64,000 nt of DNA from Felis catus (lineage: Eukaryota). Of the stretch, positions 1-13,372 are shown one piece after another. The notes below the pieces were generated by a model. That model was not told the origin of the DNA. It saw nothing but the letters and a program-made list of their open reading frames with translations, and made no database searches. The translations under genes were made by a program, and so were the position numbers. Location: positions 202,680,001 through 202,744,000 of the forward strand of contig NC_058368.1 of the NCBI RefSeq assembly GCF_018350175.1, given 5' to 3'. The first letter of the stretch is position 1, and every line of letters starts with the position of its first letter.

Positions 1-1612
1 CACCTCACTATAACAGAACAGAGGACAAAAAGAATCTTTGAATGATTCCATTTGAACCACCCAATAGACTTACAGTGATAGTCAGAGGTAAGCCATGGAC
101 ATATCAAAGCAACAATAAACTGCCTGTACCCCTTCTTATGTATGCCTGATACACATTTACTTCCATCCTATCTCTTTTCACTCGGGACAGCCCCCCCTCT
201 GATACTTGCTTTTTAACCTTATGGCATTCAAGCTGTGTCCTTCCCTAAAGAATTTGCCCTGGGATGCTCCTGAAACTCTGAAACTGTTCACCCTGTCCTG
301 GCCTATGCTCATCTAGTTCTAGTGTCATGGGAGTCACTCCTGAAGCCTGTTGGGGCCAGCCCAGGAACCTGTAGGCCATGGCAAGAGGATCTTTGAATAA
401 TGACTTAGAAGTAATGTACAGACATTTAAATCATAACCTTCCAGAAATTATGACATTTTCTTCCTTACCTAAAACAGAAAGACTCGAGATAATTTCTAGC
501 CTCTTAGAAGAAGATATGGGAGAGGTTTTCGAATAAGCCTGTGATTTGGTCTTTGTCTTGATTCTGACTGGAAAACTGGGGACTCTTCTCCCAAACCTCA
601 TCCACAGTGTGATCAAAGTTTTGTCACTGAGGCATACCGCTGCTTTCATCGCCACTGTCTGGAGGACGTGACATCAAAGTGCTATCGGGGAAGCACACAG
701 GTTGTACAAGAGGGAAGCTACAATGCTACACCTTTTCTAGGCAAGCCCGGGATAGGAATACACATGTACCCTCACCCAAATACAACAGACGATTTTCTCA
801 ACCTTTGTCACTCGTGCCTGAGGAAACGTGAAGATGAAAAGACTATTGATTCATTGGAGCAGATTAATCAATTTAGAACTAGCTGGGGAAATCTCCCATG
901 AGTCATGGAAGCGATGCGCAAGAGAAGTCATTAAGCTTTGAATGTTTACCTCTTCTTTGTGAGCGGCTCCTACTGACTGAAAAATGCATGCTGTTAATTT
1001 GTAAGACACTCTCTTGCTTTGACAGTAAGCCACAGTGTTGTTTCCTTCCACGTCAGAAGAAGGAAGACATGTATATGATGTGTCTGGATATGTTCTCTAT
1101 AGTCAGTCTATCAGTAGGTGGAAAATTCGGCATTTTACCTGATTGAGATATTATAGGTCAGTCTTCTATGGGAGTGGTACCAAGCAGTATGTTCCTCTGA
1201 GGAGACGCCAATTATTATGCCTCACAACCAAAGTGGTCAGAACTATGAGAGGTGTTGGCGTTAGGTAATATTATAACTGGAAATAAGAATTCTACCAAAG
1301 TATTTAGGGTCACTCCACTTCTGGGTACATTTTATTATCATGTTTTTTTTTATCATGCTTACATAGACAAAAAACTGCTTTTCTAAAAGTAAACTAACCT
1401 TAGTTTTCCTCTCCATGCCATAAGAAAGTAGCTAGAATATTCTCATTAGCTTGATTTCAAATGGAATCCACTAAAGTTCAAAGGGAACCTGCTTCACATT
1501 AATATCGTCTTTGGATAGTAATGCCATAGTCAAATATGGGACAGTTGTCCATATATTTTTATTCTGATGTTAAAGAATCGAAACAAACTCATCAGAAATG
1601 GGAATTACATCT

Positions 1613-1891
1613 TGACAAGGATGCGGAGAAAGAGGATCTCTTTTGCCCGGCTGGTGGGAATGCAAACCGGTGCAACCACTGTGGAAAACAATATGGAATT
1701 TCCTCAAAAAATTAAAACTAGAACTACCCTACAACCCAGCAATTGCACTACTAGGTATTTTTCCAAGGGATACAGGTATGCTGTTTTGAAGGGGCACATG
1801 CACCCCAATGTTTATAGCAACACTATCAACAACAGCCAAAGTATGAAAAGAGCCCAAATGATGTTCATCAATGGATGAATGGATAAAGAAG

Positions 1892-1937
<46 letters not shown>

Positions 1938-2356
1938 ACACACACACACACACACACACAATGGAGTATTACTCAGCAATCAAACAGAATGAAATCTTGC
2001 CATTTGCAACTACGTGTTTGGAACTAGAGGGTATTTTGCTAAGCGAAATTAGAGAAAAACAAATATCATATGACTTCACTCATAATGAGGACTTTAAGAT
2101 ACAAAACAGATGAACATAAGGGAAGGGAAGCAAAAATAATATAAAAACAGGGAGGGGGACAAAACATAAGAGACTCTTAAATATGGAGAACAAACAGAGG
2201 GTTATTTAAGGGATTGTGGGAGGGGGGTGGGCCAAATGGGTAAGGGGCATTAAGGAATCTACCCCTGAAATCATTGTTGCACTATATGCTAACTAACTTG
2301 AATATAAATTTTAAAAATTAAAGTAAAATAAAATAAAACAAAATGAAAAAAAAAAA
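1613..2356 (+). mobile_element. 5'-truncated carnivore L1 (ORF2 C-terminus, 3' UTR, A tail)
   Basis: ORF2-end motifs (MDEWIKKM, TMEYYSAIKQNEILPFATT), G-rich 3' UTR and A tail. Degenerate TSD aaatgggaattacatct (1596-1612) / aaacgggaatacatct (2354-2369). Confidence 0.92.
1893..1960. repeat. (TA)n(CA)n compound microsatellite inside the L1
   Basis: Seen directly. It expands the L1 tgtggtatatacacaatgg motif. Confidence 0.95.
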
Positions 2357-3367
2357 CGGGAATACATCTAAATCCCCATTTTCCTAGTCTTGTAAGCTGG
2401 TAGAATCAAAATCTAGAAGAAAAGAAAAAAGAGAGAGAAAATAAAACAGATTGCTTCAATATTTTTCTTTCTCTTTTATAATTTGTTTGCTTGTAGATTT
2501 ATACATCAGTCTATATCTAAATTCAGAGATATGGCTGAAGCAAGACAGTCAGCCTTGAAAATCAATCAGTTTCTTTCTTCTCCCTCTCTCCCTCTCTCTC
2601 TCATTTTACACACGTACACACACATACTCTCACACTTAAATGTAATGTGAATGGAGAATTGATTTATCAGAAACAACTGAGACTTTAGGGATTTACCCTT
2701 TCTAAGTATTAATAAAAAGCATATTTGTTTTGATTCTATTGATCAAGAAGTTGCTTTTTGCTTCTCTTAAGTACTATTAGGTATTTGAATGTTCTGTAAA
2801 CTTGTGCATAAGATCACAGAGTCCACACATAAAACCTGTATTTGTATAAGACTTATGTGGATTTAAGAAGTGAAAGCAGAACATTCTCTCAGAGCAATAA
2901 CTCTGACAAAGAAGCCTTATGTACTAGGAATACACTGAGTACACATCATAGGATAAGAGCTTTAAGTTGGAGTTAGGCTTCTAAAAATAACTGTGAGTGC
3001 TCAATCTTTCTACTTTTTACACAGTCTTACACAGCAAAGGATTTCCTAGGCTTATCCTGTTAGATTGCATAATCAATACACCAGCTTCTAGCATTACTTA
3101 TAATTTAAGGCTTTATTTGTTTGTCTGCATTTAAGGTCATGCCTTTAGAATTAAGTAACATGTACTGTTGCTGATTTGTGCAGTTACTACTTCACTGTAA
3201 AGAAGATGAACTTTAAAAGCATTTTTTTTAACTTGAGAATTACAAGCCACACCTACTGCAAACACACACAAATAAGACTATGGTTGAAGCAGAAGGTTCT
3301 GTGTTCTGCAACTGCCATATAAACTTACACACTCAAACTCACCTCTTCTTACTTGAAGCAAGGCTAT

Positions 3368-3712
3368 TTTTACGGGTTGAATTGTGCCCCCCGAACAGAT
3401 ATGTTGAAGTTATAATGCCCAAGTATCTGGCAATGTGACCTTATTTGTAAATAGGATCTTTGCAGATGTAATCAAGTTCAGATGAAATCATTGGAGTGGG
3501 CCTTAATCCAACATGACTGCTGTCCTCATAAGAAGAGGAAAACATTGTGTGACAACAGAGGCAGAGATTAGAGTGATATAGCTGCATGCCCAGGAGTGCC
3601 AGTAGCTATAGCCTCCACCACAAGTTGGAAGAACCAAAGAAGGTCCTGCTGACTTTGCTATCAAATTTTTAGGCTACAGAACAATGAGAGAATAAATCTG
3701 TTTGGCTTTAAA
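3368..3712 (+). mobile_element. MaLR solo LTR (MLT1B/C-like)
   Basis: gggttgaattgtgcccccc...gatatgttgaagt...tgtgaccttatttg...ctttgcagatgtaatcaagtt...gagagaataaat resembles the recalled MLT1 consensus. Confidence 0.8.
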
Positions 3713-3734
3713 AAAAAAAAAAAAAAGAAAGTAT

Positions 3735-3919
3735 GGGGGCACCTGGGTGGCTCAGTTGGTTAAGTGTCTGCCTTCAGCTTGGGTCACGATCTCACCATTT
3801 GTGAGTTCAAGCCCTGCATGGGGCTGTCTGCTGTCAGCGTGGAGCCTGCTTCAGATCCTCTGTCCCCCTCTCTCTCTGCCTATCTCTCTCTCTCTCAAAA
3901 AGAAACTAAGAAAAAAAAA
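3735..3919 (+). mobile_element. CAN-SINE
   Basis: ggggcacctgggtggctcagttggttaag head, B box, (CT)n and A tail. Confidence 0.93.
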
Positions 3920-6464
3920 GTGCTTTTCTAAAGTAACACAATAATTTTAGCCAGTGTCTTTTAAACTTGTGATTGAGATGGTCTTTGCTGAGGGAAATAG
4001 TTTTCTATACAATTTAATCAGCCACTGACCTAATAAGCACACATTTGCCTGAAATAGCTAACTCTATGGGAGTGTTGGGCAATACAGATCCTAATGGATG
4101 CCCTCATCATTTTACTCAGACAGATTGTAGTAATAATTTGACTTGTACTGTCATTTTCAGAATGGAGATGGTTTAACCCAAAGCATGGCTGATTTTTTTC
4201 CTCTTAAATACCCATATGTGAGCAGAGTATAGGATAATGATTATTAAGGTATAGCTTCAAATGTACTGTATCTGCAGTTAGCAGGTCAGAGACCCAAAGG
4301 AGAGCTACTCCTTCTTATCATGAGGCCACAAGCAAGTTAAGGAAACTCTGCACTTCATCCTCATAAAGGCTCTTCTGGCTGCCATAACGTTGCTGTGATA
4401 ATCACCAGGTCAAATTAGATTCTTATTTTAAGAGATCTGTGTAAGCCATACTCAATGTTTTTGTTGGTGGTGGTATTACAATTATTATTATGACTATGCC
4501 AAGATAATGGAAGTAATACTTACAAGCATGTAGAGACTTAAGGGCTTTTTTTGTTTTTCAGTCCTTAGGCAAAACAGATGAGACCATGGGCAAGTAACAG
4601 TATTTTCTATGACTTTGAAATGTATTGTTCCTTGCATATTAGATTAAAATAAAGTTGGATAGTCCAAATACACTTATTTATGTGTGTAGTTAGTTGTTTT
4701 TATCTTTAAAATAGGTATATTCTTAAACTCAATTTGCTGATAAAAAAGGTAGCCTAAATTTTTGCTCAGATCTCATACAATTCCAACTTTTTATGGATCT
4801 GTGGATAAATGTCAGTCTACCATAGGGAAGATTGTTTAGTGAGTCAATTCTTTTATTTTATTTCATTAATCCTTCTTAAACCTGGTGGTCGGGGGCCTGA
4901 CCCAGTAGCAAATCCAGGTAGAAAAAGAAAACACAGAGAAATTTATTTATCATACCATCGTGCCACTACTTGGCTATGTTAAATGTCAAGGGCAAATTCT
5001 ACCATTGCTGAGGTGGGATTTCAGAATCCGTTACAGGTGAGAGCCTGACTTTTGGAATAATGGAAAAGCTCTTTTTTACCCCAACGTCAATAACCAGTTG
5101 CTAAGTTTCTTGTCAGCTTGCACGTTTGTTTTCTCTATGGTGTAAAATTCTCTATTGTTTAGTTATGCTTATCTCTAAACATCAGATTTTAATAAAATCC
5201 CTGATGATGTATATGTTTGTGAAGAGATTAGAATGGTAACTGGCAGTAGAAAGTACTACAAACATGTTATTAAGTGAAAACACACACATACACACTATTA
5301 ATAAATGTAGACCCTCATGTAGAGAAATGTAGATGGAAAACACCTGAACACCACATTGGGTATCAGCCCTTTTGTATAGAGCCACTTTATGTCAGCCTTT
5401 TATATAATGCCTCTCATTTGATCTTCCAGTAAAGTACAAGTTCTATGTTATACCGTCTGCCATACAAATGGACATATATGTAAATTCTCTATGAAGAAAA
5501 ATATAATGCTTTGTTTTTCCTATGGTAACAAACATTTATAGAAGCAAAAAATTGCACATACAATAAATTTTATCATCTAATAATTAACAATAATCACCCA
5601 AGGGCTACACTCAAGCTGAAAAACTGTTCTTAATTCCTGCTTCTTTTATGTCCCAGGTGGCCACTTTCCTTATTAAAGGCAGAAGGTTGAGCCTACCAAA
5701 AAGGATTATAGTTCTTTGTTTCACTTCAATGTCACTTTAATTTTAGCAGTTTTTAGAACTACCGATATGCTAAAACCTCTAATTAGCAGAGTTAAACAAC
5801 TTGAGAGTGCCATCAAAGAGATGATCTACTAATTTGAAAATCATTAGTGCAGAGTTGCTTCACTAAAACCCATACAATTAATTTAAAAGTGCATATGAAA
5901 TAATAGCATTTAGAGATACGTTTGGAGATGTGCCACCATTACTTATTTTACTTTGACCAGGTGTTAGTGGAAGCACACAGCATCCGTAAGTGGTTCAGAC
6001 TGAATCTGCCTCCCTATGTGGCATGCACCTTCTATACTCTGGAGGATTAAGCCTCAGACAAGGACCTCCCTCCAGAAGACTCCTCCTCTTCAATGCCAGG
6101 ATAGTTTGCTTCATCTCAGGCTTTGGGAATAGGAGGAAAAGAAGAGAACCCTTTGAGTGTTCTTGGCCAATGGGAAAAAGTGAAGTATGACTGTATGACC
6201 CAAGCATCTTTATTGACCTCAAACTCTCCAGGGAATTTCCCTTTAGAGGTTTCCTCTGATGAAAACCTGAGATCATTTTTCCTCTAAATTCCCCTAAGAT
6301 GTAGTAGACGTTCCCTTTTGCTAGCTGAGATGAGAACATATATTTTAAAGAATTTCTGTGCTACAGTTATGTTCTTAAAATGCTTTAAACTTTTGCATTA
6401 GGATTATGTATTTTACTTATATACATGGTTATGAAATATGTGGCTGTGATCTTTGGAATGGAGA

Positions 6465-6690
6465 CAGTTTATACTGTAGTTCAAACAGACCAGTGATTCA
6501 GTTCCAGCTTTGGCACTGATAAATGTGTGTGACTTTGAGCAAGTTTCTTAATTTTTCTAATTTTTGCATCTCTTACCTGTAAGAACAATATTAGGTTTCA
6601 AGAATGTTATGAGGAGCAATGAGTTCGCAGAATAGTACCTCATAAGGAGTAAAGTACTCAGTGTATGCTAATCTCTTCCGTTGTTCATTT
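6465..6690 (+). mobile_element. MIR fragment
   Basis: Core tgtgtgactttgagcaagtttcttaa...ttacctgtaa...gttatgagga. Confidence 0.65.
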
Positions 6691-6761
6691 ATATTTAAGT
6701 ATATATATAAAATATGTTTATGGATAGATATATGTGCAGAAATATTTAAAATATACTTGCT

Positions 6762-7010
6762 GGGGTGCCTGGGTCGTTCAGTTTGTTAACCATCCGACTT
6801 CGGCTCAGGTCATGATCTCATGGTTTGTGAGTTTGCGCCCCGCGTTGAGCTCTGTGCTAATGGCTCAGAACCTGGAGCCTGCTTCAGATTTTCTCTCTCC
6901 CTCTTTTTCTGCCTCTCCCCTACTCATGCTCTCTCTCGTTCTCTCTCTCTCAAAAAAATAAATAAATAAACATTAAAAAAATTAAAAGCAAAATTAAGAT
7001 AAAATGAAAT
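6762..7010 (+). mobile_element. CAN-SINE (outer member of nested pair)
   Basis: Complete head, (CT)n and aataaataaacattaaaa tail. Confidence 0.93.
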
Positions 7011-7012
7011 AA

Positions 7013-7249
7013 GGGACATCTGGCTCAGTCAGTTAAGCCTTCCACTTCAGCTCAGGTCTTGATATCAGGGTTCATGGGTTCAAGCTCCACATTGGGCTTT
7101 GTGCTGACAGCTCAGAGCCTGGAGCCTGCTTGGAATTCTATGTGTCCCTCTCTCTCTGCCCCTCCACCGCTCATACTCTGTCTCTCTCTCTCTCCCTCTC
7201 TCTCCCTCTCAAATAATAAACATTAAAGCAAAATAAAATAAAATAAAAT
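7013..7249 (+). mobile_element. CAN-SINE (inserted in the tail of the previous SINE)
   Basis: tggctcagtcagttaag head, (CT)n and (AAAAT)n tail. Confidence 0.92.
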
Positions 7250-7924
7250 AAAATATATTTACTTATATTTACTTGTACAAGCAAGCAATGATAATATTTG
7301 CTCAAAATACTAATTATAGAAAAATCACACTTAAAATCTTAAAATAATACCTGATTTGGGGCCTTTCTATAACAAGTATTAATTAACTCTTAGTATAAAA
7401 AATTAGGCTAATAGACACACCAACTTAAAAAATAATGTATTGATATGTTTAATTTTTATTTTAAAATAATGCACCAGTGCATAAAGAAATACGAGAAAAA
7501 ATATCCATAATCTCAAGCATCATTAAATTTTAATTTATCAATCTACTTAATGCAGATTTTGTATTTTATCATGTGATTGAAGCATGAAAACATATATTTA
7601 GAATTTGAGGGATTAATTGTCCAGGGAACAAGTCTAGAACTTAAAATAACCAAACATCGTCCTTTTTATGGCAACAGTAATCTAGTTATGCAGTAACTTT
7701 ATATTTTATTGTTAAAAGCTATTTGAATCCTTCTGTAATGCAAAAGGATTGATTTCAGAGGTACAAATGTTTGGAAGCAGATCCTAACAGTCACAAATAA
7801 GAAAAATAAATACATTTTTCCAACTGAAAAATATATGTAATTGTATATTATTTTTTCAAGTGTCATTTCTAAAAATCATGGCGTTTAAATTACTTGGAGG
7901 TAATGCTACCAAGAATACAAATAC

Positions 7925-8158
7925 GGAGGCGCTTGGGGTGTTCAGTCAACTGAGGGTCCAACTCTTGATTTGGGCTCAGGTCATGATCCTGGGATCATGG
8001 GATTGGGCCCCACATTAGGCACCATGCTGAGCATGGAGCCTGCTTGGAATTCTCTTATTCCCTCGACCCCTCTCCCATGTGCACGTGTTCTCTCTCTCTC
8101 TCTCTCTCCCTCTCTCTCTCTCTCTCTGAAATAAAAATTTTAAAAAAGTTCAAAAAAT
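7925..8158 (+). mobile_element. CAN-SINE, older diverged copy
   Basis: ctcaggtcatgatc, gagcatggagcctgcttgg, (CT)n and A-rich tail. Confidence 0.88.
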
Positions 8159-9955
8159 ATAACCATGTATTTCAAGGTTTCAAGAGCTTCTATCATGTGA
8201 TTTGCCTGGAAATAATTCATTACTTCCTAATTTAAAAACATAGTGCTAATGTTATGGAACAAGGTTGAAACGTTATGAAATGAAAGCACAATGTTGACAG
8301 GTTCTCTTTCTTCTTGCCTACATTGGAGTTAATATTTGCTTTCAAAGCACTATACTGGGGGGAAATGCCACATCATATATATTTTTTTAATAAATATTCT
8401 TTCTCATTATCTACATTTTGACCTTACACACAACATAGCTGTCAGCCTTTTCCCTGAGTCTCCTTAGGAATTGCATGTAGAGTGTTTCTACTGAATAATT
8501 CAATTTAGGATGGCCTCATTGAGTTGATCTCCACTTGTCTTCCTACTGACCTTATCACTTACTATGATCTATAACAAAATGTCATGAATAATGTTTAATT
8601 CAACTAAGATACCTCCTCAAAGATGTTTCTTAAATGTTTCTGTTTGTAATTTACAAATCCAGCAATTCTAGGGGACATACTTCCAAAAACAAAAATGCTC
8701 AAATGAGTACTTAAAAACAAGGATAGCTCTATTTCAATCACTAATCAGTGTAAATCTTGCTCCTAATGTCTATCCATTGTTACCATACTTCAGCACCATA
8801 AAATTGATAGAGAACAACAATTTATTACCCTGACTCTCTTCTCTTATACACAGATTAAGTAAACTCATGTTCAATTGAAGGTACACTTTGGAATTGGTGA
8901 CCTGTTATGCTACACTTCTTATGACTTCAGGCAGATTATGCTCAGCTGTATTCCTTATCTTGAGAACTTCTTAATGTATCTTTGTATCTGATTGGCATTG
9001 CTGAAATTGATGTAAATGATAAGTTTATTCAGTGGTTGAAGAAGTAAATTGAAACTGATCAAAATTTGATACTTTAGCTGTTGATGTAGATATTTCTGAG
9101 TCAAGTTCTATATATCCAAGTTTGCTTCTATATATCCAATTTTGCCTACTTAGATTCATGCTTGTATTTGATTTCAAATGATAAAGAAGAATTCATTCAG
9201 ATGTTCAATAATGGAATATTTTGTCCTTCTAAATTAATAGAATTTTGGTTCATATAAAGATGATGGACCAGAGAACTTTTATACCTGTGGCAGAATACTA
9301 AATGGCTTAGTTTGAGTTTGACTATCCTAAGTCAGAAGGTGTAGGGAACTCTAGAGTAAACATTTCTTTTCTTTTTTTGTCATAGCCCTGATCCAAATTA
9401 AGTAACGGTATAAACAGTGTATCAAACAAATGCTTAGAAACTAGATTAACCTAGACTATAAACCTAAAATATATTTTTTTCTGTATGAGAGTTGCCAGAT
9501 GGAATAATCAAATTTACTTATATATATTCTTGTTAATTGGACTCAATATGTTTTCCTCAAAAAAATAATTACATTCAGTGATGCCTCAGTGAAGTGATGA
9601 CTTAAATGAGCAAACTCTTTGAATAATAAAAATCTATAAGGAACAGTTTGTTAGTAAATCATTGCCTACATGAAAACAAGAGAAACCCTGATTAAATCAG
9701 AGCTAACAGATATTTATTTCCTTTCAATAGGATTCAAGTCATATGGGAGTTGGTAATATTTGGATCATATGATAAATCACGTGGAGTATATAGTCTTCCC
9801 ATTCATGTTATTATTATTGATGTAGACTAAAATACAATAGAGTCATTTTTTTAAAAAAATGAAAGGAGAACAGCCACATAATAAAAGAAAAAAGAAAAGA
9901 AAAGAAACATTCCTGGACCTTCACCATGCCCTATCAGATCTAGTTTTTCCTTCTT

Positions 9956-10168
9956 ATTTTTTTTTAATTTTTATTTATTTTTTAGAGAGAGAGAAATAGA
10001 GCACAAGTTGGGGAGGGGTAGAGGGGAGGGTGACACAGAATTGGAAATAGGCTCCAGGCTCTGAGCTGTCAGCACAGAGTCCAACACAGGGCTCGAACTC
10101 GTGAACCATGAGATTATGACCTGAGCTGAAGTCGGACGCTCAACTGACTGAGCCACCCAGGCACCCCC
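9956..10168 (-). mobile_element. CAN-SINE, antisense to HCN1
   Basis: Reverse-complement SINE with 14-bp TSD agtttttccttctt (9942-9955 / 10170-10183). Confidence 0.95.
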
Positions 10169-10316
10169 AAGTTTTTCCTTCTTTAGTTCTCCTCTTTGCC
10201 TGATGTTGATTTTCTACATTAAATAAGGGTTTTCATGTGAGATTTGAACTGATCAGTTAGTCTTTCAGCCTAATATTTTGCCTGAAATTATGAATATAAT
10301 GTTTATAAAATCAAGA

Positions 10317-10480
10317 GCAGTGTCATGTAATAGCTAATAGTATGGTCTCTAGAGTCAGATTGGGTTCAAAACAATGAATCTTCCACTTATAAACTTGTAA
10401 CCTTGGGCAAGTCACGATGTTCTCTACCTCAATATTATCATTTATCAAATGGCAATAAGAACAATCAGATGAAAGATTGA
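10317..10480 (+). mobile_element. MIR fragment
   Basis: ctagagtcagattgggttcaaa...tgtaaccttgggcaagtcac core. Confidence 0.75.
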
Positions 10481-11145
10481 TTAGATCAATACAATAATTG
10501 GTGCTTTGAGCAGTTTAGAGCCCTTCATGTTGTTACCATCACACTGTTTTTCAAGGATAACCCCATGTGTGTGTTTTATCGCCATAGTCAACCTACCTTT
10601 CTGGCTTGAGCTTTTTGTAGCTGGGATTGTAACGGTGGATGGTGCTGGTGGGGAGGGGAGGAGCCAATAAAGAAGATGCCGGTAATGGTATAAAATATCA
10701 TTCTTCCATTTAGGGTTCTTTCAGCAGCAGCCTCTGAATCACATGGTTGCTGCTTAAATACTGACATTCCACTGTGAGGACTGGGTTGGCCCTCATGTAC
10801 ATGATGCACATAGACAAAATTCAATGTGTAAAGAGAATGATTCTGGTCTTGTAGAATAACAGAAAAGATCCCTACACCTGATCAGTCTCCTCTGTAAAGA
10901 AAAGCCTAAATTGCTTGAATCTTTCTGAATTTTCCATAACCTCCTGAATTATTCTACTTTCCTTTTTCTTTTACCATTTCATAAAAATCTTATATGCTAA
11001 ATTCTATAGACCTTATCTCTTCAAAATTATTTATGGCTGTTCTTGTTTTATACTTAATGCTTTTATGCTATTTCACTTTTCATTTCACCTCCCTTAGGCT
11101 TCCAATAGCTTTTGAACATAGCTTTTCTTTAGTCATTGTTAAATC

Positions 11146-11569
11146 CATCTATTACCTCACCACGGCTGTAGTTTGGGCCATATAATTCCTTCTTTTTAAT
11201 ATTCTTTTGTTTATTTTTGAGAGAGAGGGTGGGGGAGAGGTAGAGGGAAAAAGAGAGAATTTTAAGCAGCCTCTGCGCTGTCACTGTAGAGCCTGACTTG
11301 GGGCATGAACTCATGAACTGTGAGATCATGACCTCAGCCGAAGTCAAGAGTCTGTCACTTAATGGACTGAGCCAACCAGGTGCCCCTGAGCCACATAATT
11401 GTTTGCTGTGAGGGAGCTTCTCTGTGAATTGGTGGGGTGGTGGGGGGCACTTAGTAGCTTCACTACCCTGTACCTATTAGATGTTAACAGGACTTCCTCC
11501 AGTTATAAAAACAAAAAAATTCAGCAATGTTCCCTGGGTGACAGAATCATCCTCAGTTGAGAACCACTG
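11146..11569. mobile_element. MER20 (hAT-Charlie) DNA transposon interrupted by a SINE
   Basis: tttgggccatataatt[SINE]gtttgctgtgaggg...cctattagatg...ccagttataaaaacaaaaa...gttgagaaccactg follows the recalled MER20 consensus, including the right terminus. Confidence 0.8.
11188..11386 (-). mobile_element. CAN-SINE, antisense, inside MER20
   Basis: TSD tgggccatataatt (11174-11187) / tgagccacataatt (11387-11400). Confidence 0.93.
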
Positions 11570-11619
11570 TTATATAAAAATAACATATCTCAAAAACACT
11601 TATATATGAATAATCATAG

Positions 11620-12310
11620 ATTCAGGGAAATCTTGTTAACCAATACAGAAAGTTCAGCAGCTCACAGGGAAATTGTAGATTTATTTTCCTACATAAAGTA
11701 ATCAAAATGTTTGTATGGCAAATTATATCATTAAAAATAAATAGGAAAACAGTAAATTAGGAATAGACATTTAAAGCAAATAGTTAAAGAATTGATATCC
11801 AGTCTTCAACTATGTATTACAGATTCATAAGAAAAAAACAAGAATTTCATCAGAAATGAGAAGTCCAGTTGGTTAATAAGTATATGAAAACATTCTCAAA
11901 TTCTTAGTCTGAGAAATGGAAATAAAAATAACTGTGGGCCATTATTTCTCACTAGAAAAGGTGATGAAGTGTGATTTTACTTGTTTTTGGAAAAGTTACA
12001 GCCTTTTGAAACATTCTGGCAATATATTTCAAAATCAATTGAAAACTTTACTCTTTGACCCAACAAACACACTCCTGAGAATCTATTTGATAGAGATAAA
12101 AGTTATGTGTACAAAGTTGTTTATTACAGAATAGTTTATAGTGGCAAAAACTAGAAAACAATAGAAAAATAGGAGAATTAACTATAACAAAATCAACAAT
12201 GGGTAATTGACATAGTTACATGAACACTAGATTATTTGGAGGAATTTTCCTGTGATAAAAGCTAAATGCAGGGAAGTATATATGATATGATCCATTTTTG
12301 TAGGGAAAAA
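11620..12310 (+). mobile_element. Ancient L1 (L1ME-like) ORF2 3' fragment
   Basis: ctctttgacccaacaaacacactcctgagaatctat and gtttatagtggcaaaaactagaaaacaa are decayed L1 ORF2-end motifs. Confidence 0.65.
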
Positions 12311-12321
12311 AAAAGCCAGAA

Positions 12322-12323
<2 letters not shown>

Positions 12324-12370
<47 letters not shown>
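12324..12370. repeat. (TG)n microsatellite
   Basis: Seen directly. Confidence 0.98.
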
Positions 12371-12371
<1 letters not shown>

Positions 12372-13298
12372 GGGTATGTGCCTAAGGAGATAAATGAAAA
12401 TGAACCTAAACACACATTCTTACTTTGGCTATTTTCTAACTGCATTCCTCTGGGAAATTGAAATGCTCTTCTCCAGCTCCACTTACCGTTTCCCCTCAAA
12501 AACAAAGAAATAAACAATACAAACATAATTAAAATGCAGTCTCCCCTGGACACCCCATTGGCTTTTGAATTATTCCCATTATATCTATGTCCATCAAGAT
12601 GCCTTAACAACATGACTATGCCCCTGTGTAAGGAAGGGACTCTTGCATTAGATTTAACAGCACAGTCAAAATGTATTTATTCACCCTTTTTTTCAACAAC
12701 AGTGTTTTCAACAAAAAAATATTTAGTGTGTCCACCGAATCATGCAATTTAGAGTTTAACATGATCAATGAGACATAGCCCCAGCCCTCATCTAGGAGTA
12801 GATGCCAGGCAAATGAGAAGATCATCATGTACCAGATGGAAGTCACCACAACAAGGGAATTGGAGTCCCAAGGGAGCCCAGAAGAGATTTAAAGCCAGTG
12901 AGATACAAACAAAGCTTATTTTTTCTTTTCTGTTCGTTCTTTGAATAGATCTTAGGAATTAAAGCCTTTGCAACAAATTCATTTTTAGTATATCAGTGTA
13001 TTACTGAGTTGAACTTCAGGAAGTTTAATGTCACTTTAAATAACATGTATATTCAAGATTTTTATAGAACACATTTCTTTGTTCGTTGAATACTCCATTT
13101 CTAGTTCCTGGAACATCTAGAATTTGGGCAACCTTAGGTTTATTTGTTAAGTATAGCTATGTATTTTCATGTGAGAAAAAAAGTATAAGGAATGAATTTT
13201 ATTTCTCAAAATGAAAACTTGTGCGTGGGTCCATTATACTGTATGCATAGTATAATATGCAAATAATTTTCATTTCTTAAAATTGAATCTCATTTTTA

Positions 13299-13302
<4 letters not shown>

Positions 13303-13335
<33 letters not shown>

Positions 13336-13372
13336 ACATGGATTGATGTATGGATGGATGGATGGATGGATG
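13303..13372. repeat. (TG)n followed by (GGAT)n
   Basis: Seen directly. Confidence 0.95.

Noticed and set aside
8789..8812. REST/NRSE-like site TTCAGCACCA
   Set aside because: Only the left half-site matches. The GGACAG half is missing.
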